DNA of 64,000 nucleotides from the human T2T-CHM13v2.0 reference genome, Homo sapiens. The notes beneath the pieces were generated by a model that was given only the letters and a program-made list of their open reading frames with translations, was not told where the DNA came from and ran no database searches. A program made the position numbers and the translations under genes. The stretch lies in assembly GCF_009914755.1 (NCBI RefSeq), contig NC_060932.1; one strand, 5' to 3'. Positions within the stretch are counted from its first letter, which is position 1. Every line of letters begins with the position of its first letter. This document shows, piece by piece, positions 17,121-29,813 of this stretch.

Positions 17121-17379
17121 GTAAAAGGAAAGATTAGTTTCAAACAATCATTTTGGAGGTAGAGCTCTACTGTGAGTGCTTCTGGAGGTCAGAAGCTTGA
17201 AACGGGTCTCACTGGATTAAAATGAGCATTGGCAGGGCTGAATTCCTTTTGGCGATTTTAACAGATGATCTGTTTCTTTGTCTTTTCTAGATAGTAGAAG
17301 GCACTCACCCTCCTTGGCTTGGCCACATTTTCCATCATGAAAGCCAACAATGCCAGGCCAAGTCTTTTCTGAATTCTCT

Positions 17380-17417
17380 TTAGAAGGTAGCTATGCTCAC
17401 TACTATACCACCAACGC
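17380..17417 (-). pseudogene. 5'-half tRNA-Gly(TCC) retrocopy (tailless retropseudogene fragment)
   Basis: Reverse complement of 17381-17417, GCGTTGGTGGTATAGTAGTGAGCATAGCTACCTTCTA, matches human tRNA-Gly-TCC GCGTTGGTGGTATAGTGGTGAGCATAGCTGCCTTCCA at 34/37 nt. It starts at tRNA nt 1 and ends in the anticodon loop. Confidence 0.88.
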
Positions 17418-18935
17418 TCAGCTTATCTCTCTGGTTCTTCCTCTTCTCCTTCTATCTTCCACTTATAAGAGCCCATGTGACTACCTTGTTTCCACACAAG
17501 TAATTCAGGATAATATCTTTATTTTAAGGTCATAAAATTAACAACTTTAATTCTCCTTCTCTATGTAATTTACATATTCACAGGTTCTGAGCAGTAAGAC
17601 ATGGACATCTTTGGGGGTCGAAGATTCTCCCTATCACAGGATCAAACACTGGACTGAGGTTACCAAAATGAGAAAAAGGAAACCAAAGTTCTGAATTAGA
17701 GAAGTACAAAGATGACTACCAAACTCACTCACTATCTCAGCTACAGGCTTCCTTCCACCTAGAGGCAGTGCTGTGGGTGAAGATGGGTATGGTAGATTAA
17801 GTCTTGACTGCAAATTAAATTCTGAGTACTGAATATTATATAGTCCTAGATATTAGCAAGAAGTTTTCTTTTCTTTTTCTTTTAATTAGTGATAAGAACA
17901 ATCATGGAGCTGTCCAAAATTTCATCCAGGGCATTGGAAAAATTAAACTTACGACCAGATGTAAAGAAATAATGGGAGATAAAAATCATAAAGTTATTCT
18001 GCAATCATATCTCACCACTTGTGTATGTGATATATAATAGTTATGTGTATATTTCCCATGACCCCATACAGACAAAGTAAAATAAGACCCTAATTGAATT
18101 AGTAAAAGACAGGTATCTCTACCACTGTTTGAAAACTGACAACTTGTGGGCAAACAGATGTGTTTTATCTGAAGGCATACAACATTTACTTATTTATATA
18201 TTTATTTATTTATTGTAACTTTTATTGATATAGCATAATTGTACATATTTTTGGAGTATATGAAATACTTTGATACATGTGCACTATTTGTAATGATCAA
18301 GTCAGTGTAATTTACCTTTTCTTTGTGTTGGGAACATTACAATTCTTCTCTTTTAGCTATTTTGAAATATACAAAAAAATATTGTTAGCTATAATTTACC
18401 TACTGTATTATCTAACACTAGAATACGTTTGTTATATCAAATTGTATTTTTATACAAATTTACCAAATCCTCTTCATACCTCTTCCTCTTTCCTTTCCCA
18501 GCTGCTGGTAGCCATCCTTCTACTCTCTACCTCCATGACATCCACATTTTTATTTTCCACATGTGAGCAAAAACAGGAGATATTTGCCTTTCTGTGCCTG
18601 GCTAATTTAACTTAACATAATGACCTCCAGTTTCATTCATGCTGCCTCAAATGAAAAGATTTATTCTTTGTTGTTGAATAATAAAATGTTGTGTATATAT
18701 ACTAGAATTTCTTTGCCCATTCATCCATTATGGACTGTTAGCTTGATTTCATATCTTGCCTATTGTGAATAGCGCAGCAATACACATGGAAGTGCAGATA
18801 TATCTTTGATATACTAATTTCCTTTCTTTTGGCCATATACCCAGCAGTGGGATTGCTGGATCATGTGGTAACTATTTTTTTTTTAATTTGTTTGAGAAAT
18901 CTCCTTACTTTTCCCTGTAAAGGCAGTAGTACCTT

Positions 18936-18937
<2 letters not shown>

Positions 18938-18966
<29 letters not shown>

Positions 18967-19211
18967 GAGACACAGTCTTGCTCTGTTGCCCGGGCTGGAG
19001 TGCAGTGGCGTGATCTCGGCTCACTGCAAGCCTCCTAAGTAGCTGGGACTACAAGCGCCCGCCACCACGCCCGGCTAATTTTTTTGTACTTTTAGTAGAA
19101 ATGGAGTTTCCCTGCATTAGCCAGGATGGTCTCGATATCCTGACCTCGTGACCAGCCCGCCTCGGCCTCCCAAAATGCTGGGATTACAGGCGTGAGCCAC
19201 CAAGACCGGCC
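18938..19211 (-). mobile_element. AluY with ~37-bp internal deletion
   Basis: Y diagnostics (tcactgcaag, ttagccaggatggtctcgat, gacctcgtga). Perfect 13-bp TSD AGTAGTACCTTTC at 18925-18937 and 19212-19224. Confidence 0.93.
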
Positions 19212-19463
19212 AGTAGTACCTTTCATTCTCACTACAGGTGTAAAAGCAATCCCCGTTCTCCACATACTCTCAATATCTGTTATTTTTTTGTCTTTTTGGT
19301 AATAGCTGTTCTAACTGGGGTGAGATGATATCTCATTGTGGTTTTAATTTACATTTCCCTGATTATTGGTGTTGCATTTTTATATACCTATTGGCCATTT
19401 GTATGTCTTCTTTTGAGAAGTGTCTATTCAGTCTATTCAGTTCTGTTGCCCATTTTTAATCGG

Positions 19464-19610
19464 AATATATATAAATATATTCTATTATATATATTCTATT
19501 ATATTATATATTATATATATTCTATTATATATTCTATTATATATATTCTATTATATATTATATATATTCTATTATATATATTCTATTATATATATAATAT
19601 ATATATACTA
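19464..19610. repeat. AT-rich simple repeat (tattctattatata)n within L1
   Basis: Directly visible. Confidence 0.9.
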
Positions 19611-20190
19611 TTGGGTTGTTTGAGTTCCTTATACATTCTTGCTGTTAACCCCTTGCCAGATGGATAGTTTGCAAATATTTTCTCCCATTCTGTAGCTTGT
19701 CCTTTTATTTAGTTAACTGCTTTCTTTAATGTGGAGAAGCTTTTTAGCTTGATGTAATCCCATTTATATACTTTTCCTTTTGTTGCCTGTTTTTTTGAAG
19801 TCTTAGCCAGAAAATATTTTCTCAGTCTACTATTTTATAACACTTCCCTAATGCTTTATTCTAGTAGTTTCATAGTTTTAGGTCTTATATGTAAGTCTTT
19901 AACCCACTTTAATTTGATTATTGTAAATGGTGAAAGATGAGGATTTCGTTTCATTTTTCTACATATGGACATCCAGTTTTCTCAGCACCACTTATTAAGA
20001 GACTTCCCTTTCTACTATGTAGGTTTTTTGGGTCTTCCTCGAAAATTAGTTAGCTGTAATTGTGTGGATTCATTCCTGGGTTCTCTGTTCCGGTCCATTT
20101 GCCTATGTGTATATTTTTATGCCAATACCTTGTTATTTCGTTATTACGGCTTTGTAGTATAAAGTCAGGTAATATGATGCCTTCAGCTTT

Positions 20191-22229
20191 TACTTTTTTC
20201 TAGCTTTTTTGGGTTCAGGGTACGTGTGAAGGTTTGTTCCGGAGGTAAGAAACTCCTGTCACAGGGTTTATTGTACAGATCATTTCATCACCCAGGTATT
20301 AGGTCCAGTACCCAATAGTTATCTTTTCTGCTCCTCTCCCTCCTCCCACCCTCCACCCTCAAGTAGACCCCAGTGTGTATTTCCCTGCCATGTGTCCACG
20401 TGTTCTCATCATTTAGCTCTCAGAAGTGAGAACATGTGGTATTTGATTTTCAGTTCCTGCATTGGTTTGTTAAGCATAGTGGCCTGCAGCTCCATCGATC
20501 TTCCCTCAATAGACATGATCTCCTTCTTTTTTTTAACTGCATAGTATTTCATAGTGTATATGTACAACATTTTCTTTATCTAGTCCGTCACTGATGGACA
20601 TTTAGGTTGATTCTATGTCTTTGCTATTGTGAATAGTGCTGCAATGAACATTCATGTGCATGTGTCTTCATAATAGAATGATTTCTATTCTTCTGGCTAT
20701 GTACCCAGTAAAGGGATTGCAGGGTTGAACAGTAGTTCTGCTTTTAGCTATGTGAGGAATCATCATACTGCTTTCCATGATAGTTGAACTAATTTACACT
20801 GCCACTAACAGTGTATAAATGTCCCATTTTCTCTGCAATCTCATCAGCATCTGTTTTTTTTATTTTTTAATAATAGCCATTCTGACTGGTATGATATGGT
20901 ATCTCATTGTGGTTTTGATTTGCATGTATCTAATAATCAGTAATATTGAACTTTTGTTCCATATACTCATTGGCCACATGCATGTCTTCTTTTAAAAATG
21001 TCTGTTCATGTCCTTTGACCACTTTTTAATAGGATTGTTTGCTTTTCTCTTGTAAATTTGTTTAGTTTCTTATTTATGCTAGATACTAGATCTTTGTCAG
21101 ATGCATACTTTGCAAATATTTTCTCCCATTCTGTAGATTATCTGTTTACTCTGTTGATAGTTTCTTTTGATGTGAAGAAACTCTTACGTTTAATTAGATC
21201 CCACTTGTCAATTTTTAGTTTTGTTGCAATTGCTTTTGGTGTCTTTGTCATTAAATCTTTTCCTGTTCCTGTGTCCAGGATGGTATTGCCTATGTTGTCT
21301 TCCAGGGTTTTTATAGATTTGGGTTTTACATTTAAGTCTTTAATCAATCTTAAATTGATTTTTGTATATTGTGTAAGGAAGGAGTCCAGCTTCAATTTTC
21401 TTCATATGGCTAACCAGTTATCCCAGCACCATTTACTGAATAGGGAGTCTTTTCCTCATTGCTTGCTTTTGTCAACTTTGTCAAAGATCAAAGGATCATA
21501 GGTGTGCAGCCTTAATTCTGGGCTCCCTATTCTGTTCCATTGATCTATGTGTCTGTTTTTGTGTCAGTACCATGCTGTTTTGGTTACTGTAACCCTGTAG
21601 CATAGTTTGAAGTCAGGTAATGTGACGCCTCCAGCTTCATTCTTTTTGCTTAGGATTCCCTTGGCTATTAGGGATTTCTTTTGGTTTCATGTGAATTTTA
21701 AAATCATATTTTTCTAGTTCTGTGAAGAATGCCATTGATAGTTTGATAGAAATAGCATTGAATCCGTAAATTACTTTGGGCAGTATGGCCATTTTAATGA
21801 TATTTATCTTTACAATTTATGAGCATGGGACATTTTCCCACTTGAGTCTTCTCTGATTTCTTTGAGCAGTGTTTTATCATTCTCATTGTAGAGATCTTTC
21901 ACCTCCCTCATTAGTTGTATTCCTAGGTATTTTATTCTTTTCGTGGCAATTGTGAATAAAACTGCATTCCTGATTTGGTTTTTAGCTTGGCTGTCATTGC
22001 TGTATAGGAATGCTAATGTTTTTGTACATTGATTTTGTATCCTAAAACTTTGCTGAAGTTGTTTATCAGCTGAAGGAGCTTTTGCATCAAGACAGGCTTT
22101 CTAGATGTAGAATCATGTCATCTGCAGAGGCAGTTTGATCTCCTCTCTTCCTATTTGGATGCCCTCTATTTCTTTTTCTTTTCTGATTGCTCTGGCTAGC
22201 ACTTCTAGTACTATGTTGAGTAGGAGTGG
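20191..22229 (-). mobile_element. L1PA15/16-like 5'-truncated LINE (~2 kb) nested in L1MA
   Basis: 3' UTR atcttttctgctcctctccctcctcccaccctccaccctcaagtagaccc. ORF 21138-21395(-) is an L1 ORF2p C-terminal segment ([14 protein letters not shown]...KIDKWDLIK). TSD CAGCTTT at 20184-20190 and 22230-22236. Confidence 0.9.
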
Positions 22230-23129
22230 CAGCTTTGTGTTTTGTGCTCAGGATTGCTTAAGTTATTTAGGGTCTTTCTAGTTCTATATGACATTTCTTA
22301 TTTTTTTATTTCTGTGAATACTGTCACTGGCATTTTTATAGCAATTGCATTGAAGCCATAGATTTTTTGGGGGAGTATAGATATTTTAACAGTTTTAATT
22401 TTTCCAATCAGTGAACATGGGATAGCTTTATTCCAATGTGCTCAGAGAAGATGCTTGATATAATTTCAATTTTTGAATGCTTTAAGACCTGTTTTGTGGC
22501 CTAGCATATATTCTATCCTTGAGAATAATTCATGTACTGAAGAAAATAATGTGTATTCTGTAGCTGTTAGATGAAATACTCTGAAATTATCTATTAAATC
22601 TATTTGGTCTATAGTTCAGATTAAGTCCAAAGTTTATTTGTTGATTTTCTGTATGGAAGATCTGTCCAATGCTGAAAGTGGGATGTTAAAGTCTCCAACT
22701 ATTCCTGAAGCCTATCTCTCTCTTTAGCTCTAATAGTATTTTCTTTATGTATATGGGTGCTCCAGTGTTGGGTGTGTGTATATTTAAAATTGTTATATCC
22801 TCTTGTTGAATTGACCCCTTTATCATTATATAGTGACCTTCTTTGTCTCTTCTGATAGATTTTGTTTTGAAATCTGTTATCAGTTTTATCTGATATGAGT
22901 GTAGCTACTCCTGCTTTTATTGGTTTCAATTGGTATAAAATATCTCTTTCCATCCCATTATTTTCAGTCTGTGTGCGTATTTTTAGGTGAAGTATGTTTC
23001 TTGTAGACAACAGATCAATGGTTCTTGCTTTTTCATCCATTCAGCCACTCTATGTCTTTTGATTGGAGAGTTTAGTGCATTTACATTCAATGTTATTATT
23101 CATAATTAAGGACTTGGGGAGTATTATTT

Positions 23130-25600
23130 TTTGATGTACCTATTTATTGCTACAATTTTCCCTCTAAGTACCACTTTTATCCCACAGATTTTGTTATGGT
23201 GTGTTTCCATTTGTATTTATTTCAAGACATTTTTCAAATTTGCTTCTTAATTTCTTCATTGATTCATTGGTTGTTTGGAAGCATTTTGTTTAATTTCCAT
23301 TTATTTGTATATTTTCCAAAGTGTCTCTTGTGACTGATTTCCAGTTTTATTGAGTGTTGTCAGAATAGATGATAATATGATTTCAAATATTTTGTATTTT
23401 TTTGTGACTTATTTTGTGGCCTAACATGGTCTGTCCTGAAGAATATTCCAAGTGCCTGATGAGAAAAATGTGTATTCTGTAGCAGTTGAATGCAACATTT
23501 TGTACAGGTCTGTTAGGGCCATTTGGTCTAGAATACAGGTTAAGTCCAATATTTCTTTGTTGATTTTCTATCTGAATAATCTGTCCACTGTCAAATATGA
23601 GGTATTGAAGTGTTCTATTATTATATTGCAGTCTATCTCTCCCTTTAGATTTATTAATATTTGCTTTATATACTTTGTTGTTTGGGTCTTAGTTGCCTAT
23701 ATATTTAGTATAGTTGTGTCTTATTGCTGAATTGATACCTTTATCATTATATAATAACCTTTGCCTCTTTTCATATTTTTTCAGTTAGTGTGTATTTTAT
23801 CTAAGTATAGCTACTCCTGCTCTTTTTGTGTTAAATATGCATGGAATATCTTTTTCCATCTTTTCACTTTCAGTCCATATGTGTCTTTATAGTTGAAATG
23901 AATTTCTTACAGGCATCATACAGCTAAGCATTATTTTTCAATTCATTAAGCCACTCTGTTGTTTAGTTGGAGGATTTAGTCAATTTACTTTCAGTGTTAT
24001 TATTGATAGGTGAGATGTTAGTATTTTCACATTGTTACTTATTTACAAGTTGTTGTGTAACTCTTCTCTCCATTTCTTACTCTCTTCTTTTATGCTTAAG
24101 TGATTTTCTCTGATAATAGTTTTGATTTGTTGCCTTTTATTTTTAGTGTATCTTTTATAGGGTTCACCTTGCAGTTACCATGAGGCTTACACAAATAGTT
24201 TATATTTATAACAAGTATTTAAATTTCATACCAACTTAACTTTCACTACAAAAATGTTAAAATGTAAAACATGAAACAAAACTACACAATAACTTTCTTC
24301 TCTCTGCAGATTTAAAACTTTTTTATTACTATTTTTATTTTTGTATTCACTATCTCCTTAATAAAAGGTTATATTATTATAATTTTAGTAGCCTTATCTT
24401 TCAGTCTTCTTATTTAAGACACAAGTCATTTAAAGGCCATGATTCTAATATTATTATAACAATCACATTAGCATTCCATTATTATTGTTTGAAGAAATTT
24501 CTTTAGCATTTTTTTGTAGGACCAGTCTGACAACAATAAATTCCCCAGGTTTTGTTTGTCTGGGAAAGTCTTTCTCTTTCATTTCTGATGAATAACGTTT
24601 TTGGGTACAGTATTCTTGGCTGACATATTTCCCTCCTCAGCACTCAAAATATATTTTCCCACTCCCTCCTGAAAAGTCTGTTGCCAGGTGTTTTGAATCT
24701 CCCTTACATGTTATTTGCTTCTTTGTTTCTCATTGTTTTCAGGATCATTTCTTTGTCATTGACTTTTGTGAATTGCATTGTATTATGTCATGCAATATTC
24801 TTCTATGGGTTGAATCTGGTGACATTTGAAGTTCCTGTATCTGGATATTTATGTCTTTCTTTAGATTTGGAAAGTTTTCTATTATTATTTATTTGAATAA
24901 ACTTTCTAGCCCTCTGTCTTTCTCAATTATCTCTTCAACTTCAACAAACCAAATATGTGCAATTTTCATGTTATCCCATAGATCCCATGAACTTTGCTTA
25001 TTCTTTTTCACTCTTTTTTTCTTTACTCTTCTCTTTGTATTTTCAAATTGTCTGTCTTTGAACTCACTGATTCTTTTTCCTGTTTGATCAATTCTGCTCT
25101 TGATACTCTCTATTACACTTTTTATTTAATTGATTGTATTTGTCACTTCCAGGATTTCTGTTTAATTTTGTTATTATTTCAATCTCAGTTAAATTTCTCA
25201 GATAAATATCTGAATCAATTCTCTATATTCTATTGATGTTTACTAAGCTTTCTTAAAATAGCTATTTTGAATTATTTGTCTGAGAGGTCATACATCTCCA
25301 TCAATTTAGAGTTAGCTCCTGGTATCTTATTTTGTTCATTTGATAAAGTCATATTTCCCTGAACTTTTCTGATGCTCATGGGAGTGGGATGATGTCCGCT
25401 AATTGACAGATTATTTTAGTTTTCACAGTCTGGCTTTTTTTGTGCCTTTCCTTCTCCAGAGGGCCTTCCAGCAATACTAAGCCTACTAATTGTTGTGTTC
25501 CCTGAGCTTGTGATCATCACAGCCATCTTAGCACTAGAGGACACTTTAAGCCCAGGGTTGCTGTGAGTTTCCCAAGGCTTCTGAGGTATGCGACTTTCCA
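23130..25600 (-). mobile_element. Older L1M 5' portion (ORF2 endonuclease region, inter-ORF, ORF1, part of 5' UTR)
   Basis: A second copy of the EN-region antisense sequence (gagaaaaatgtgtattctgtagcagttg), then ORF1 antisense (ttagatttggaaagttttctattattattt). Confidence 0.8.
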
Positions 25601-27059
25601 GCCCAAATGGACATGGGAAAGACATGAAGAGTGTATTGGAGCTGTATGTGAATGCTGGACAGGAACCTGAGTTGTGAAAACTGTCCTAGTGGCCAAGCAG
25701 TCCTCGGCACAGTGACGAACATTTTAAAATTGGAGATCTCATTAAAGAATGACCAGTATTCTGACTTATCTTCACAATTAGAGATCTGGGCAAAGTGGTA
25801 TCTAATGTCTGCCGCTTGGCGGATATTTCTGGAGGTAGACTGAAATCCATTTAGATTCACCAACTGCCTGAATTTTGAATGAAGTGTTCTAAGATTTTAT
25901 AAAATATATGTAGAATTGATGGCATAGCTACTTTTTATCACATAAACATGCACCCTTCCCCAAATAAAGCTCATATCTAGACTATCATGAGAAAAATAAT
26001 TTTACAAAGCTTTTAAAATCATTCATAATAATTTATATATTTTACAAAAAGAAAATAGAAGAGCTAGGGATAATGTGTTATTTACAGTTACCTAGCAAGT
26101 TAATGTATGCAACGATGTGCCTGGAATCTGTATGACCTACTACCCTGTAAACTGTTTTACATGAGAAAAATAAGGCTGGAATACTAACAGTAAAAGAGGT
26201 GGTGATCCTAGTGAGACACAGACGTAAATAAAAATAACGGAAAAATGGGGTCTTTAAATGAAAGTATAGTTTATATTTACTATTATACTAAGCCTGGGGT
26301 TTAGCTTTAAAGTATTGTACCACAGGGCTGTTTGTTATTATTCATAACATAGTCCCATAACCTTTAGAGTTTATAAATTATGTTTCCATATGTGACCTTA
26401 CTTGACTCTCCGTAACTCAGTGAGATGCACTTTATTAATCCTCATTTCACAGATGATGGAAAAACAAAGTTGAATAAAGGATTTCTGGAAATAAGTAACT
26501 CACTTTAAATATTAGAAAGAATATATCAGAGAAGTGAATCATGCCAAGGAAATGAAGAGACACAAGTGGTGGAATCTGCACTGCAACCCCAGCACACCTT
26601 CTAAGTCTGAATCTCAGCCCATGTATTACCTGCTACAATTGTCTCTCTAATGGTATTGAATTCATCAAGGGGTCAGTTTTACAATGGGCAAAAATATAGA
26701 ACAAAATATCCACTCATTATTTGTGGTGTACTTACCACTTGCTGACCATTGTGCTTGTCTTATATCATCTTTCTAATCCTCAATTCTGCTTTATAATGTA
26801 AGTAGAATGGTTGTCATTTTATATATAAGGCAAAAGAAGACTCCAGAATTATGCACTTTGCCGCAGACTCAGAGCTTGGATACTGATCTATCTGAATTTA
26901 AAGCTTATAGTCAGAGTCAGCTGCCAGTTTTGAGTTATGTCTCCCTTAAAGAAAAACATTTGTCAACCACCTACCAGGATGTGGTCAGGGCAATTTTATA
27001 AACAGTCTTCATCAGGAGTGATTTCTTGCTTGTCTTTTCAGTCTCTACTACATTGTTAT

Positions 27060-27482
27060 TGTAGAAGATGTTCTGGTGATCCTTGAAGAACCTTCCTCTC
27101 TTTTCATGACAAGGACTCAAATTCCCCCAGCTTCCAGGACTATAGTCTGCTGATGACTCATAACTGAGTCTCTCCCGGGAATTGGCCTTCTGCAGAAGGG
27201 AGTTCCATCACCCAAGGTTACATCTCCCTGCACAGATGCACAGGTAAGATGGCCCAGGATACATATATCATTTAAGGACATCTCAAGGGCCAATTCCAAC
27301 CCCAGAACACTGCATGTGACCAGCTGAGCCTTTTGTTATAGCTATATCACATTTCAATGCCTCTATACAGTTCTGCTTCTCTCACTACTTAGCAGCATTA
27401 TTCCTGAGAGTCCTTCCTAATGAACTTCTCACACACAAGTCTTCAATTTAGAGCCTATTCCCTGGAGAACATCACCTAAGAG
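27060..27482 (+). mobile_element. LTR16C (ERV-L class) 5' LTR
   Basis: tgtagaagatgttctggtg...attcccccagct...ctgagtctctcccgggaattggcc...cccaaggttac...cagctgagccttttgtt...cctggagaacatcacctaagag follows the LTR16C consensus. Confidence 0.8.
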
Positions 27483-28910
27483 ACTTTGAAATGTGAGTGG
27501 ACCAAAGAAACTGAATCTAAATGGGATTTTGGAGCTGCATTACTTGTTGACTGGCTGGCATAAAGGCCCTTACCATTGGTGGTGGTTGGATTACTAATAG
27601 GCTCTTACAGGCTGTAACACTGCAAACACGAAAATTTTCTGGTTGTAACGTGGAATGAGAACCAGTAGAAGGGAATACACTCTTTTCTGCAATATCTCAG
27701 GTATTTGAATTCAGTGAAAGAAAGTAATTGTAAGAAAAATGGATTGAATGACTCTCACTAAGTGCTTTGAAAGTGTTGGAACAAGTCAGTAAAAGGCTTG
27801 TGGTCATTAATCAATAATTCAAGAAAACATGTGGAAAACAGACAGCTTCCTTGGCACCATATAAAGAGATTCACCTCTCTTGGAGTTAGAATACATAAAA
27901 ATGTAAGGATCAGGATAAAATGTAATTATAAATGTAATGGAGCCCCGGGAAGGTTGAATTTTCGGTCCCCTGTAAGGCTGCTATGCCAAGGTCAGAGGCC
28001 TGATGAGGAAGAAGAAATGTGACTCAGAGACTACATAGAGAGATATGTAAGTAATAGCACTCAAAATCCTTGAATATTAAGAGTCTTCTGAACAATCTGC
28101 ATGGATGCAGGCTAGTGATGCTCCTTTGCTTGGAGACAATACAGAGACATCTGACCTACATGACAACACATATGCCCCTTCAGGATTTACTTTCATTTCT
28201 CCCCCTAATGCCCAACAAATAACTGGAACCACACTCACTCTGACCAAAAGTGCTGGGTCTGAAAAGAGAGAAATGAAGTTCCTGTTAAACATGCTTCAAA
28301 ATCTAAGCAACATGGACCTGTGACAACTGGGTGAGTGTGCTTTCAGACTGGATCCTTAATATGCAAAATTGAGTAGGAGCAGAACATAAAGTTGAGTGAG
28401 TGAGTTTATCAACACGAGAGCACTCTCAGGACAAAGGGAATTTTATACCCTGGCAAAGTTCCTGGAGTTGATGGGATCACATGGCTAGGATATCGTGGAG
28501 ACTTGGGGAAAGTGATGGTCCACACTAAATAAAGTGCAAACTCCAAATCTGCTACGGCAGATCATAGAAAGAGGGATCAAAAGACATAGTAATGCCAGAG
28601 TGGGTATTCTTTATAAGGCCAGAAAGCCCATCAGTCAACTCTCCTCTGAAGAAAGGCCCTGAAGACATTGATTACCAATGCAATGGCAATGTGCTGGTGA
28701 GGGGGGCACCAACATCACTGGGAAGCTTATAGATGGCCCTTGTCTTTGTAAGAGATACTGTTATAGACTTGGCTTCCTGATAACAGTAGAGATAAGATTC
28801 CAAATAATAGAGACCAAGTGGTGGCACATAACCATTAAAAAAACCAGGTAGGTGCAATTATCTCAATAAGTTTCAAGGTTGGTGGGGCAGCCAGAAAGAT
28901 CTGACCCACT

Positions 28911-29247
<337 letters not shown>

Positions 29248-29813
29248 TCAGGGGCAAGTGAGGTAGGTGGATGTCTGGAAAGGGTATTGCTCAATTTACA
29301 TTATCAAAGTAAATAAAGCTGGATCAGTACACTGGTAAAAAGTAAGAATCCTTCACCATTTCCAGATATGAGGCAGTTTTCAAACCAGAATTCATAGACT
29401 GAAAGGAAAACCAGGTCCTCATGAGGAAGGACCCTGAAATACCATGGAAACATGTGTCAGTTCTTTTTCCAATCATTTACCAAAGAGATTGATGATAACT
29501 TATTTGGTTAACTTTACAGTGGAAGTAAATAAAAGCCGGGTAACACAAATAATGTTGGCCAAGTTTTGGCTCACAAGGAATGCACTAAGTCCACAAATGT
29601 ACCCAGTGATAATTACTCTTGTTTCTACATATATCACTGGCATGGACATGCTCGGTAGTTAGAAGAAACATCATTTCCTTGACCTCTAGATTAAATAGTA
29701 TTATACTAGAAAATGCCAAGTGAAAGTATCTGACACTCTCTCTCCTTAGTCAAAATAGTAAATAAAAAATAACATTTTATCATAGGAGGAATGGTGGAGA
29801 TTACTTGCCAAAG

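Larger units (their letters stand above)
16492..17638 (-). mobile_element. MLT1D MaLR solo LTR split by a ~630-bp insertion (16549-17180) and a tRNA fragment
   Basis: tttattaatttcctgttcctgctgtaacaaatta...gcttaa, resuming at tctggaggtcagaag...ggcagggctg...acatattcacaggttctga...ggacatctttggggg...ctatcaca. Confidence 0.85.
15164..18045 (+). mobile_element. Ancient LTR (LTR78-like) acting as host for nested insertions
   Basis: Starts tgtgacagatttt. The 3' part (atcatggagctgtccaaaatttcatccagggc...tgggagataaaaatcataaagttattct) resembles the LTR78 end. Non-inserted pieces at about 15460-15985, 16360-16490 and 17640-18045. Confidence 0.4.
18195..23115 (-). mobile_element. L1MA-type LINE (3' UTR to ORF2 start, large internal deletion near 22430), interrupted by AluY, a TA repeat and L1PA15/16
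   Basis: Antisense L1MA 3' UTR (ttctttgtgttgggaacattacaattcttctc). ORF2 antisense sequence runs to 20190 and resumes at 22230. Endonuclease region at 22430-23115. Confidence 0.85.

Noticed and set aside
16593-17147. Longest ORF in the track (184 aa, - strand, Y/I-rich)
   Set aside because: Translation of the (TA)n/29-bp minisatellite; a low-complexity artefact.
17380-17417. Functional tRNA-Gly gene
   Set aside because: Only the 5' half is present. It has no T-arm/B box or 3' acceptor strand, and the anticodon region is mutated.
21058-23040. ORFs of 85-147 aa within the L1 block
   Set aside because: Fragments of L1 ORF2p or its antisense frame, broken by stops and frameshifts; not retrotransposition-competent.
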